NCBI GenBank assembly: GCA_013115125.1
Contig: JABANN010000008.1
Location: forward strand, 62,001 to 126,000
Length of the DNA: 64,000 bases
Origin: Perkinsus olseni
Taxonomy: Eukaryota
Direction: 5' to 3'
The notes beneath the pieces were generated by a model. That model was not told the DNA's origin, did not search any database, and saw nothing but the letters and a program-made list of their open reading frames with translations. The position numbers and the translations under genes were made by a program. Shown one piece after another: positions 1 to 12,372 of the stretch (position 1 is the stretch's first letter; each line of letters opens with the position of its first letter).

Positions 1-1
1 A

Positions 2-247
2 GATACCGTCGACACCGCGACTTTGGCATCGCTAATTGCCAACCTGTCTTCCACTTCCCCCTCATCAGCTTCTTCGACGCCTCACGTCTCCGTTGCAAGT
101 GACCACAATATCAACACGGAGGTTTCAGCTAATGGCTTGGCCCAACAGCAACAGCAGCAGGGAGAAAGCAAACCTGATCAGGAGGGGAGTGTAGAAGGAC
201 ATCAGAGACCATCGGTAAGGAAGACTGAGCAACCAATGATAGTGTAA
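2..247 (+). CDS. Possible 3' end of an upstream hypothetical protein (Ser-rich, poly-Gln)
   Basis: Frame is open from the window edge (DTVDTATLASLIANLSST...QQQQQQ...PMIV*) to TAA at 245-247. No recognisable domain. Confidence 0.3.
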   Translation, partial: DTVDTATLASLIANLSSTSPSSASSTPHVSVASDHNINTEVSANGLAQQQQQQGESKPDQEGSVEGHQRPSVRKTEQPMIV

Positions 248-276
248 TGCTTGTTCTGGTCGACCTATGTTCTCCC

Positions 277-931
277 TCAGAATGATGACGATTCTCTCCC
301 GGGCTCCTCCTCCAAGTGATAGGCAATTATTTTCAGCCTACTCTCCGCCGCTATTGGAAGGCAGTAGTCGTCTGTTATGAGGGCCAAGTCTTTGGGGATC
401 ATACCAATGCTTGCCTTGGTCCAAGCGGAGGAAGCTGGAGATTTCCGTGACACTTTGTGCTGTTCTTTTCGTACCTGTCGTTGCTCTATTCTTACTGGCC
501 CGCGGTGGTGGTGGATTTGACGCTTCTCCCCGACAGAGTGTTGTAGTAGTAGTAGTTGTTGTTGTCGTCTTGGTTTCGAAATCTACTGGTAATATGTCTG
601 TAACATTAACATTAGTCGGTCGCCTTGTGTGGCCATCATGTAACTCAATAATAATAGCAGCATCATAATCTCGAGGACCCTTCATCCCCTCCTTCTCCTC
701 CTGCCTGTTCCCTCCCCTTTCCTCAACAGTGATGCGGGGCTCAGGAGGAAACTGAACGATAAGAGTATCAGAAGTAGTAGTAGCAGAACTGATCAAATTG
801 CTGTCAGCGATCGTTGAGCGAACAATGGTAGCAGTCGGATTTTTGTCGTGCGTTGTGGTGTTCCGGTTGTTGTTAGCTCTCCAGGCGAGGAGACCTGGCC
901 TTCTCGGAGCATTGCTATTCTCACAGAACAC
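277..931 (-). CDS. Hypothetical Thr/Asn-rich low-complexity protein (start unresolved)
   Basis: 197-aa ORF 931..338 with poly-Thr/Asn. A possible GC-AG intron after ...FLRLDQ would give a last exon DDYCLPIAAESRLKIIAYHLEEEPGRESSSF* ending at 277. No clear ATG. Confidence 0.3.
540..568. repeat. Imperfect (GTA/GTT)n trinucleotide microsatellite
   Basis: gttgtagtagtagtagttgttgttgtcgt; reads as poly-Thr on the minus strand. Confidence 0.6.
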
Positions 932-1102
932 GTTGCTTGGTCTGACTGCTGCCGTAGTCGTACCGTCTATTCAGTGCGTGTTACTCCGGTGTTGGGGTCA
1001 TCCCAGCCTTGCCGCACTTGAAGCTATCATCGTTCGGTATTGAGAAGTGTTATGTTGTAGTTGTGAGTGAAGATCAGCGGGCGGCAGGGTTTGTCCGTAG
1101 TA

Positions 1103-3975
1103 ATGACCGCGTCTGAAGCCTCGGCTCCTGAGCCAGCGGACTACTTTTGCTGGCGATGTGAGCTCCGGTTCAGAGGAGAGAAGGACCCTGAGAAGTACAA
1201 GGCAGAAGACTGGGTCGGACCACCACAGCAGGACAGGTAGTGTGTTGGGATTGGCTCGGCTTGGCCTTGGGCCGCCGTGTCACGCAGGCAGTCCATAGGA
1301 AAAGAATGCCGCTTCTCGTCCAGTGCTGCATTTGATGTAGACTAAGTTCCACTTGCCTTTTCTCGAATAGAGAGTCCCCGGCTCGGGCAGCCGAAGCAGT
1401 ACGCCCTTTCCGCCGGACAGATCAAACAAAACCGGGTATCGAGATTCCCGCTTCCGGGAGTCTCCACGAGACCATGAAGCGGTACGCCACGCATTCAGTC
1501 TGTAACGAGAACAACGCAGCATATTAAAATAAGCCTGCTATGCCGCGAAACATCGGGGCAGCACTCGACTGCTTCTGTTTCGTGAGTGCTATGCATTACC
1601 GCTCTCGCCCCACCTGGCATAGGGGCCACATTCCCGCCGCTATTGAGTGGCATAGGGGCCAAATCGAGCCCCTATCGTGCCTCGATGCCAAATTTTGCGA
1701 GCGGTCTTCCGAACGCTCAAAAAAACATTCTATCGTCGCCAGGTGGGCTGCCTGTCTTTTCCCATTCTCCCCTGCCTCTTCAGGCCTGAGCCCGAGCATC
1801 TCTGTGGTGGTTGCTTTGGCCTACTGGAGGACCCCTGCCTCTCTGGTCATGAGAACCGCGTCATGGAGGACATCGTTGCTGCCATCGATGCATCAGGGTA
1901 CGCCATCTAGCGTTGGATCTCGAACCCGAAGTGCTCAAGCAGGTTCGAAGACACCTACGACCTTGTACTTTCTACTCGCCTGCCGCCTGCTCTGGTCGTC
2001 CGAGGCTTCGTCGAGAAGATACTGTACGAAAGAGGAGCGGTGGAAGAGGTCGGTCGACGCCGGGGGCATTTTCTCGTGACCTCCTCTCACGTGAAAGTGA
2101 AATATCTTTGTCTGTTACCCGTCCTGTCAAGCCTGTCATTGTGGTAGTTGGCGACGGCAGTAGTAGTCTTAGGTTCCGGAGGTTCGGGAGGTCCTCCGAT
2201 GGGTGCTGCTACCAGAACTCCACCGTAAAATGAGAGCTATGACCCCTGGCCTAACGGAGGAGGCCCTGGCGGCATCGAGCCCCGTGGCAGAGGCCTACTT
2301 CAGGGTCACACTAGAAGTAGCATGACTCGTCCAGTCTGCGGTCTGGTCTATCATTCCGGTGCGCTATCAGGTGAATTCCCCAGCGGCAGACAAACTTGAG
2401 TGTTCGGTGCTGGCCAGCGAGCAGCGCATCAAACCACCGTCACGTAGGCCCCTTGCTGACGGGTAGGAGAGCGGACCTATCCTCCTCAGGGTGGAAGGAT
2501 GACCGAAAGTTCGCTCGGAAGGGAGGGAAGGGCAAGGGTCGATGGCGGAGAGACAAGGACAGGCGGGACTCCTCTACCGAGGTGAGGGCTAGCCCGACCA
2601 TTCATCAGCCACCTGTACTGCTCAGCCCCCCACAGCCTCCTCTCCCGAGACCTCTAATGCCGAGGCCGAGTTGCCATCTGCCAATACTATTATAAAGGCA
2701 ATGAAAGGCCAGAGCTCCGACAGGCTCGAGACTCTGTTGGGTGAGCATCCATTAGCCCTACTTAAGTTGGCATCATCTCTGCGTAGGTGTTGATGACCTA
2801 GCGAAGTGCATGAGGGCCTACCCCAACACAGTAGAGTTCAGGCCGACCTTGGAGTCTGTGATAAACCGGGATAGCATCTACCTCTTCGGGAGGTATAGGA
2901 AGTTCAGTCGGAAGATATCACAGACGCCCTGGCTGGTCCATGATGGGGCCAAGCCTCGGAGTCGCTGCGAGACATCAGCATCAGAGATAGCGCTCAGTAG
3001 GCCGCACGTTGTTCTGCGTCAATGGTCTATCGGCTGACACCACTGTGGAGTTCTCCTTCTCTTCTCAGAGCCGATCTGCGAGGCCCTCGGGGCGGACTGG
3101 ACCCGATGCAGCTTCTGTAGCGCCGGCCGCGAGGATGTCGACGTCCGCATGCTTGGCAACGGTCGCCCCTTTGCTGTCGAGGTGAGCTGGCCTCGCTCTC
3201 GGCCCCCACTGGTGTACACGCTGTGATCGACAGATCCCCGACGCCCACCGGAATTTACTACTACCCCATCACAAGGTGGACTGGGAGTCTCTAGCAGCCA
3301 AGACTGACGCCTTTGAGGTCATGTTCATCCACCCCGCCGACAAGCACGTGATGGAGTGGCTTGGCTGGTCTAGTGAGCGGCACACGAAAGTGTAGGCCTT
3401 GGTGGGAGTAGTAGCACTCGACTGTGGGGTTGATGCTCTCTCAGTTATGTCTGCGTGGTTTGGAGTGAAGACCCGGTGAGTGCAGAAGTAGTGGAGCTCG
3501 TGAACGCTATGAAGGAGGTCGAGATCCAGCAGCGGACTCCCCTCCGAGTGATGCATCGTCGGGCCAACGCCATGAGAAGGAAGATCATGCACAGCATCAC
3601 TTGCGAGATTATAAACCCCCACTACCTCAAGGTCGGCATCGCCGTAGAGGCCCATCTCAGTGGGCAACTCCGTTTGGTCAGGTGTCTCTGGCGTGCAGCG
3701 CAGGGATGTACATAAAGGAGTTTGTTCATGGTGACTTCGGCCGGACGAGACCATCAATGGCCGACCTCCTCGGATCGAAACAGTAGGTGGCATCTGCTGC
3801 TAGCTACCTTCACTCAATCGTCCTCAGTTGTGATATACTGCAACTTGATGTTGGTGACCTGGTGGAAGAGGAGGACATGAAGGACTACACCCCGCTCAAG
3901 TGTCGAGAGGCAGAGCGCCAGACTGAACTGGACAGAGCGGCTGTGACTTCGCCGACTTCTGAGAAAGCTCCCTAG
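1103..3975 (+). CDS. PUS10: tRNA pseudouridine synthase Pus10 (multi-exon)
   Basis: Exon 1 (1103-1236) MTASEASAPEPADYFCWRCELRFRG... and the exon from 1784 (PEPEHLCGGCFGLL) supply the two CxxC zinc-site pairs typical of Pus10. Later exons give IYLFGRYRKFSRKISQTPW, catalytic SAGREDVDVRMLGNGRPF (~3119-3172), IQQRTPLRVMHRR, AGMYIKEFVHGDFGRTRPS and CDILQLDV. Stop TAG at 3973-3975. Some internal exon boundaries are uncertain. Confidence 0.9.
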
Positions 3976-4146
3976 GGTTGTCGAGTGTGCTGATGAGAAT
4001 GTTAATCCTTACCAAACGTTTCCAGCTACCTAGGCGGCTTAGTTTGAAGTCTGATGACAGGGGAGCACAATTAAATGGTCTTGAGGTTAACGATATCTGA
4101 TAAGATAGTTGTGTACTTCTGCAGAAGCCAAATTCGTTTTTCGATA

Positions 4147-5244
4147 ATGTCTGAGAATCGCCAGGCGGTGGCGCGGCTGACACGGGAATTGCAGGCTTTG
4201 AAGAAGTAGGTCCTGGAGAGCTACCACCCTCAACCATTGCCCTATCAGGGCCTGCCCAGCACAGATAGATGCCATGCCCTCCACTAAGAGCATGCTTGAA
4301 TGGCACTTTGTTGTTTTTGATCTTCCCGAAGACACTCCCTATTACGGCGGTGTGTATCACGGGAAGCTAGTATTCCCACCGATGTACCCGCTGAAGCCGC
4401 CGGCGATCTACATGATTACTCCCAATGGTACGTCTGCCAACTGCCATCATCGTCATTAGCCAATGGCTGCTCCTCAGGGAGATTCGAAACGCACACGAAG
4501 CTGTGCCTGTCGATGTCGGACTTCCATCCAGAATCTTGGAATCCCAGCTGGCGAGTGGAGACTATCCTCATCGGTGGGTTCAACTCTTTTCCCACCGTTC
4601 TCTGACTTCACCACTCATCAGGCCTTGTAAGTTTCATGTTGGACAAAACTGAGCCCAGAACAACCGGCGGAATGTCGGCATCGACTGCGTACAGGGAGAA
4701 GAGTGCGATCAATAGCTTTGTCAAAAACAAACTCGTACGTTGGTGGTATTGAAGGGCAGTGGCGGGATAACCTTCTCTCAGGACAAGGACTTCCGAGAGC
4801 TCTTTCCGGAGTTCCTCGATACCACTCGGTGAGAGCTGCGATACTCGTGTAGCCCACGGGTGTCCATGGGGAGGTCTCAGGTTCTATCCCACCCATGGAT
4901 ACTTTCATCGAATACCCCCTCCCGAAGGAGCAAAGACCTGCACTGAGTGCGGCTTCCCTGACAAAGATGCTGTATTCGCCTGCAAGGTAACAGCGTTACG
5001 CAGTGTCACCTGTCGCCAGCCCCTGATTCAGGATTTCTCCAAGTTCTGCAAACGGCTCGGGGGGAGTGAGAACAATGTGTACGACCCGAATTCAAAAGAC
5101 AGAGGCGATCTCTTCGGTGGTCTCGACTTGGTCAATGAGCATCACTATTTACTGCCAACTATCCTAGCAGCTGTGGCCGTATTCACTGCTATCGGCTATG
5201 CTGTTATTTCATCACTGGACGACGCTAATGAGAATTCCATATGA
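4147..5244 (+). CDS. UBC6: Ubiquitin-conjugating enzyme E2 of the Ubc6/UBE2J class, tail-anchored (ERAD)
   Basis: Spliced translation MSENRQAVARLTRELQALK...LEWHFVVFDLPEDTPYYGGVYHGKLVFPPMYPLKPPAIYMITPNG-RFETHTKLCLSMSDFHPESWNPSW. TPNGRF and LCLSMSDFHPE are J-class motifs. C-terminal hydrophobic anchor LLPTILAAVAVFTAIGYAVI; TGA at 5242-5244. Confidence 0.9.
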
Positions 5245-6166
5245 GCTCATCCTCCGTGTATACTTTTTGTGATGGTCTATTGCCTAATTCTATCGCTTGC
5301 GTTGAATAGTAACCACGTAGGTCGGAGAGGAACGGCGCCAGTCGGTCGCTACACGAATAAGATCACGCTGAAAGCTGTACAGTCTATCACTTACCAGAAA
5401 TCATGGTGCAATTCTAAGAATTCACTGACCTGCAAGTAGTCTCATGGTATGACGATGGTGGAAGATGGTGTGAACTGAGAGAAGTTTCGGCCTGTGGACT
5501 CGTGGTCTGGTTCATCAGCATCCGTCCTTGATGTCGCCGTACTGGGCAGCTCGCTATCTCTACCATCGTCACACGATGGCAACTCTCATCTGCAGGAACC
5601 AGCTCAGTGTATCACTAATTATCAATAGGAGCAGCCAAATTGGCTCCTCCGCTACCGTTCCGACTCGTTTTTGTCGACGGTTTCACTGAGGGGTGTACAA
5701 GATCCTCGATTCAACTTCATGCCCTGCGACATCCCTCAACTTACAACGCAACTGCCTCAGTGTTATTAACGTACACAGACAACAAATAGATGAGTATCTG
5801 TATCAAGTAGGTCCTCCACCATAATCGTCGACTCAAAAAGTATCATCATAACGCATCTATATTAGGGCTGATGAATGCCACATCCCCGCGTTAACAGTAG
5901 CTGCCAATTCACCTTTAAAAAATCTAACACAGTCACCACTACTGTTGTTGTCGTCGTCTACATGATAAAGAATGGCGACTGTACATCACCCAACCAGAGC
6001 AAAATGGTCTGCACTGCAGTAGTGAAGTTGAGGTCAGCGCTGCCCCTATGAGCAACACGTGGCCATCGAGGGAGAAGTAGGTAAGTAGTGACACAATGGT
6101 ACGCATTTTGCAGAGTATCCTCAGTAGCAGTCACAGACAGCCGGTTGTTGTCATGCACTGTGGTGA

Positions 6167-9100
6167 TTAATACAGCTCTAGGCAGTACCGACCTTCTTCC
6201 TCGAATTTATCGAAAACCTTCTGCGCCTCCTCAGCGGACATCTTACCACCCTCCCTGATGGCCGTCAGGATAGCATTCCGGACGTCAATCTCCAACTGCC
6301 CAGCCTGACCACAGAGGTAGAAATAACCACCCTTGTTGATGAGGTCCTCGTAGAGATCGTCCTTGCTCTCGAGCATCTTATGTTGGACATAGACCTTCTC
6401 CTTCTGGTCACGTGAGAAGGCTGGCTTGAGATGAGTGATGACACCTTCCTCAGCCCACTCCTCGAGCTCGTGTCCGAGGATGTAGTCCTTGGCACGATAC
6501 CGGCAGCCGTAGAAAAGCCACATGGGGCCAGTCTCGTAACCCAAGTTCTTGAAGAAAGCTCTCTCCTGGATGAACGCTCGGAAAGGCGCCAAACCAGTAC
6601 CAAGGCCAGTCATAACGTAGGGCTCCATCAGAGTAGGGGGGAGGTTGAATGTGCCCGGAGTGACCGACACCACAACCTTGTGAGTAAGATCCTCGTGACC
6701 ATCGGTAGCCAAACGATCGATGTAGTTGGTACAGAGACCACGCTTCGTTGCCCCACTGGGAGTCTTCCAGTCATTCACGACAATTACCAGCTCAACCTTG
6801 TCGTTGACGAAGCGCTGAGAGGAGGCGATCGAGTAAAGCCTGGGCTTGATGCAGGGCACGAGAGACATGAGATGCTCCAGTGGCGGATGGGCACTGGGGA
6901 ACTTCTTCAAGACGTCGATGTAGTTCACCGACTCCGAGGACAGAGCGCTGTAGGCAGCGTTACCCTCAGGAGTGTCGGCAACGATCAGCTCGAGGGCCTT
7001 CCGCTCTTCCTCGTCAACAGCGAACTTAGCGAGCTGCTTATAGAAGAACTTGTTAGGCCTACCGGTGATGTCCACCACCTCACCAAAGATCTGCCGAGCA
7101 GTCATCGGGTGACGATAGCTGGCAGCCCGGCGCGGGTCCAAATCCTTCGTACCACGGACATGATACCACTGGGTCTGGTCGACCTTATACCAGTCCAAGA
7201 AGTCCTCGACGAGAGCCGGATCGTTGTCAGGGTAGATGGTAAGGGCATCGCCCAGAAGGTAGGAGAAGTCAACGCCACGCACGTCGAAGATAAGATGGCG
7301 AATGATACGGTCGTAGTCTAGGGCAGTGATGCGCTCGTTCTTGGTGAGAGTGATAGTCTTAGTCTTAGGCGGATGAACTCTCTCATACTTGTGGGCCAGC
7401 TCCTTACCAACGACCTCCAACTCCACGATGGGCTCGGGGATCTCGTGCTCGTCAGGGGACTCGGGAGCGTTCTGGATCTTCCAGAAATCAGGAAGCCAAG
7501 ACTCGAAGGCAGTCTCGTATTTGTCCTCGTCCTTGTCATCACCGAGACCAATGTCCTGGGACTTCACAGCACCGAGCTCCAGCAGACGGCTCTCGATATT
7601 CTTTGCAGCGGCGTTGAAGTGCTTGTAGCCGGTATCACCAAGACCAAACACGGAGAACTTAGTTGAAGCCAGGAAGCCCTCGTCGAGCTCAGGGTCATTG
7701 ATTCCCTCCCAGAAGGCATGGGCGTTGTTGGGGAAGTCGCCCTCACCAGCGGTCGAGCAGAGGACCACTACGTTGCTCATAGCCCTGAGAGACTCAGGGG
7801 TCACCTCGTCCAACTCATGGACGGCAACGTTGAACTGTCTAGATCGGCAAAGCCCAGCGAAGCGGCTGGCGAGCTCAGTGGTGGTACCGGTATCAGAGCC
7901 AACGAGGATGTCGAGAGCAGGACCAGAAGCTTCGTCAGAGGGAGCACCACGCTTCTCCATCCACTTGTAGTTCTCCAGGCGGTCGCGAGTCCACTGCTGG
8001 AGGCTCGATTTCAGCTGATCAGCGACCTCTGGATGCGTACGCTTGAGGATCTCGAAGCGGTTCTCCAGCTTGGTGAATTGGTGCACGTCAAGCGACAGGT
8101 GCTTGGAGTCGAGCGTGAAGGGGTTCTGACCGTTCGGGGTTTGGGCCGGGTTGTAACGGTACAGCGTCCAGTAGCCCGAGTCCACCGCCTTCTTCATCTC
8201 CTCAGCCAATCGAGACAGACCACGAGGGTAGAGGATCTTATGCTCGATGCAAGGAGAATAGCAGAGCACCAGCGAGGGGCCAGGGAAAGCCTCGGCCTCC
8301 ACCAATGCCTTCACCGACTGAGCGTAGTTGGCACCGATAGCGATGGAAGCAACATAGACGTCACCATAGGCGATGGCGATAGCACCAAGGTCCTTCTTAG
8401 CACGACGGTAACCAGTAGGGGCGAACTTCTGCACAGCACCCAAGTTGGTAGACTTGGAGACCTGACCACCGGTGTTGGAGTAACCCTCTGTGTCCATGAC
8501 CAGGACGTTGAGGTCCGTCTGGGAGGCCAAGACATGGTCAAGACCGCCGAAGCCGATATCATAAGCCCAACCATCACCACCCCAAACCCACTGGGAAATC
8601 TTCGGGAAGAGGTCCTTCATCGAGAGGATTTCCTCGACCAATGGGACATGGCGCAATCCACTGGTGTCCTCTAGCATGGCTGGGATCTCCTCAGAAAGCT
8701 CCTGACAGATCTTGGAGTCGTGGTACTTCTCCAACCACTCATGGCAGGCATTGTTGAGCTCAGGGCTGAGCAAGGCCTTGTACTCCTCGTCATCGACCAG
8801 CTCTTGCACCTTCTCCTTCAGATTGAGGCGACGCTCCTGGACGGCTCGAGCCATGCCAAGACCATACTCAGCAGCATCCTCGAAAAGAGACCGACCCCAT
8901 GCAGGGCCCTGGCCCTTGTCATTGACAGCCAGTGGGTTGAAGGCAGCAGTACCAGCCCATACAGAAGAGCAACCGGAGGCGTTAGCGATGACCATGCGCT
9001 CACCGAACAGCTGTGTGACGAGCTTAGCATAGGGAGTCTCGCCGCAGCCTTCACACGCACCCGAGAACTCCAGCATGGGCTGCTGGAATTGAGAACCCTT

Positions 9101-11832
9101 TAGAGTGTGACGGTCCACCATATACCCTCTACTAGGTAAGCTCGTAGCGAAGGACCAGTTGGGACGCTGGACCTCGACGACGTCCTCAAGCGGAGTCATA
9201 GTGAGAGCGTTGTCCGGGCAAGCCCAAGAACAAGCCTCGCAGCCAGTGCAGTCCTCAGGGGCGACTTGGATGCGGTACATCATACCAGCAACGTCATTGC
9301 CACCCTTGGCCATACGCATGTCGAAGGCCTCGGGGGCGACATCGGCCTCCAACTGGGAGATGAGGAAGGGTCTGATAGCGGCATGAGGGCAAATAGCCGA
9401 GCACTTGTTGCATTGGGTACACTTGTCCATGTCCACTATGGGGATGGTGAGCGCCACACCACGCTTCTCGTACTGTGTGGTGGCCGGGGGATAGTGACCA
9501 CGAGGGTCGAAGGACGACACAGGCAAGTTGTTGCCCTCCAAGGCATTGAGCCTGTCCATGAGATCAGTACAGAATGCAGGCCTGGTGGGATCGACATCTT
9601 CGGGCTTAGAGTAGGAGCTGAAGACTTGAGGGTCGTACTGGATCTCCACCAAGTTGGCAATGGCAGCATCAACACCCTTGAAGTTCCTCTGGACCAAGTC
9701 CTCGCCCTTGGATGAGTAGGCCTTCTTCATGGCGTCCTTCAACAACTTCTCAGCACTCTCGTAGGGGATGATGTCGGCCAGTTTGAAAAATACAGCGGCA
9801 AGGACGTTGTTGGTGTGACGACCGAGGCCATTGTCCCTAGCAACCTTCGAGGCATCGATGGTGTAAATGTGAGCCTTCTTCTCGCCAAGTTGGTTGATCA
9901 CTGGCTGCGGCATCTCAGCTAAGAACTCCTCAGCAGTCTTAGAGGCAGAGTTGAAGACAGCGATACCCCCAGGCTTGAGAGTCTCCACAATGACCCTCGG
10001 GAACTTATGCGGCCACGTCCGCTGGGAGACGGCAATGTAGTCAGCGTTCATGATGGCATAAGGCGACTCGATCTTTTCAGGGCCGAAACGGAGATGGGAG
10101 ATAGTGCAGCCACCGGACTTCTTGGAGTCGTAAGCGAAATACGCCTGCACGAACTGATCAGTGTTGTCAGCGATGAGCTTGATTGCACTCTTGTTGGCAG
10201 AGACTGTACCGTCAGAACCCATGCCCCAGAACAAGCACTGTCGTGTACCGGGGGCGGATACGTCAGGCTCAGGGCCGACCTTGATGGATCTGTGAGTGAC
10301 ATCATCCTCAATACCAACAGCGAAGTTCTCCACCGGCCTGGACTGCTTCAGGTTCTCGAAGACAGCCTCGGCCATGGCTGGGGTGAACTCCTTAGAGCCG
10401 AGGCCATAGCGACCACCGACCACCTTCATAGTGCTGCCAACAGACTGTAACGTAGCTGCAACATCCAAGAACAATGGTTCACCAATAGCTGTTTGCTCCT
10501 TGGTACGGTCAAGCACTGCAATACGCTTGACCGAATGGGGCAAGGCGCTGATGAAGGACTCGGCATCCCACGGTCGATACAGGTGGACTCGAATTAAGCC
10601 GACCTTCTCGCCACGGGCAGTCATGTAATTAACAGTCTCTTCAACAGTCGAGCTTCCAGAGCCCATGATGACTGTGACGTACTCAGCCTGGGGATGGCCG
10701 TAGTAGAAGAAGTTCTTGTAGTGGCGACCGGTCACAAGGGCAACATCATTCATGACCGACTGTACTATAGCTGGGGTGTTGTCGTAGTACTTGTTAACAG
10801 CCTCAGAGTTCTGGAAGAAGGTATCGGCAAATTGGCCAAGACCGCGGGAGTGAGGCTTGTTGGGGTTGAGCCCTCGGGCACGGTAGGCGGCTAACTCCGT
10901 CCAGGGAACGAGCTGGTCCATGGCCTCGTAGGGGATGATGTTGATCTTGTTAATCTCATGAGAAGTACGAAAGCCGTCGAAAAAGTTGACGAAGGGCACT
11001 GAGCTCTTCATAGTAGCAATATGTGCAACCAATGCCATGTCCATAGACGCCTGGACACTATGACCAGAGAGCTGCGCCCAACCAGTCTGTCGAGTACCCA
11101 TAACGTCCGTGTGGTCACCAAAAATACACAGCGCATGCTTCGATATTGCTCTTGCAGCGACATGAAAGACGCAGGGGTTGAGGGCACCGGCAATTATGTA
11201 CATATTAGGGATCATCAGTAGTAGACCTTGCGAGGAGGTGAAAGTGGTACCAAGGCCACCAACGTCGAGGACGCCGTGTACAGCGCCAGCTGCACCGCCT
11301 TCTGACTGCATTTGGGTAACCCTAGGGACGCTACCAAAGAGGTTCTTCCGGCCTTGACCAGCCCAGTTGGCCATGACATCCCCCATTGGTGTGGCGGGGG
11401 TGATAGGGTAGATCTGAATAGAAAGCGTATAGAAATGACCAAGACAGTACGCGAATGCTCACCATGGCCTGCTCGGACCAAGCGTATGCCACGTAGGCCG
11501 CGGCAGTGCAACCGTCGTAGGGCAGCTGCTTCTGAGGGAACTCCTTCAACCCCTGAAAGGAAGATCACTTCGTCAACCACAACCAGAGACCAAGGTCAAT
11601 GCTCGCGATGCCAAAAAGAACACAAGACATGCCAACAACCGACCTTAGCTGCTTTCCGTTTCCATGCTGGCTCAACAAGCTCCGTGTAACCCTCGGCTGA
11701 CGACGGGTGGTTGGCAGCAGCAGCTGCACTACCAAATGCCTGCTTGGACATCCGTGTGGCGGATGCAGCGGCTGCGACAGTGCGAGCGGCGGCGGTGCTG
11801 GAGGTGGTAAATAGTGATCTTGACGATAACAT
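6167..11832 (-). CDS. PNO: Pyruvate:NADP+ oxidoreductase (PFOR fused to NADPH-cytochrome P450 reductase-like FMN/FAD/NADP domains), ~1841 aa
   Basis: Exons 11832-11644, 11552-11463 and 11413-6167 join in frame and restore DGCTAAAYVAY...IYPITP. PFOR motifs QSEGGAAGAVHG and GGRYGLGSKEFTP; two ferredoxin-type clusters CTQCNKCSAICP and CTGCEACSWACP; ACEGCGE; TPP motif GGDGWAYDIG. Then flavodoxin GSDTGTTT, FAD RLYSIASS, NADP GTGLAPF and GCR...AFSR. Confidence 0.96.
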
Positions 11833-12372
11833 GCTATGGGGGGCTGCACGTCGTTGCTAACTTCTACTGATGCTGCTTCTAGTTGAATGAAAATTAGTCT
11901 ACTAGACTGGAGTGGTCTGGTAGACAAAGAGGAGGACAACGAAAACTCCTGCATGAGGAAATAACGTTCAATACCACGGCTGGCGTCTACCGTCTACGAC
12001 CTTTGAAACAACGCGCGTCGAAAAACGGACGTTGACGCGGCCAAGAGTCCCCAGTGAGACGCCCAAGGCCGAGCAATTCTCCGGGGAGTCGGCTGGTACT
12101 ACAATGCGTCAGGCTAAGCTAGTGAATGTGAATTATGTACCGCTTGAACTATTGAACTTGCCTCGCGTTCATTGAATCACCCGCGCATTTCCACAATCAC
12201 TTGCGCACTTGCAGTTTCTCAACGCGCCATCGCGCTCTGCTGCTCTCAAAGTCTCTGTAAGTTCGCAGCGGACCCTACAGAAGAGGCTACGTACCAGTAG
12301 GTGATGCAGAGCTTTGGGCATATCGCCTGCCTGCCACCGCCAGTCATGCAGTTCGCAACTATCACCGACTAA

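Noticed and set aside
1540-2079. 179-aa ORF as the PUS10 start or a separate gene
   Set aside because: It lacks Pus10 motifs. The CxxC-x2-RF exon at 1103 joins in phase to the CGGC exon at 1784, which explains the locus better.
6167-6200. PNO ends in ...RYCLELY (Tyr) instead of the CPR-type Trp
   Set aside because: A terminal Tyr also occurs in related diflavin/FNR-family reductases such as sulfite reductase flavoprotein, so it is not unusual.
6265-11689. Overlapping ORFs within PNO (e.g. 6431-7321 and 7718-8674 on +)
   Set aside because: Antisense or alternative-frame shadows of a codon-biased gene, with no independent motifs.
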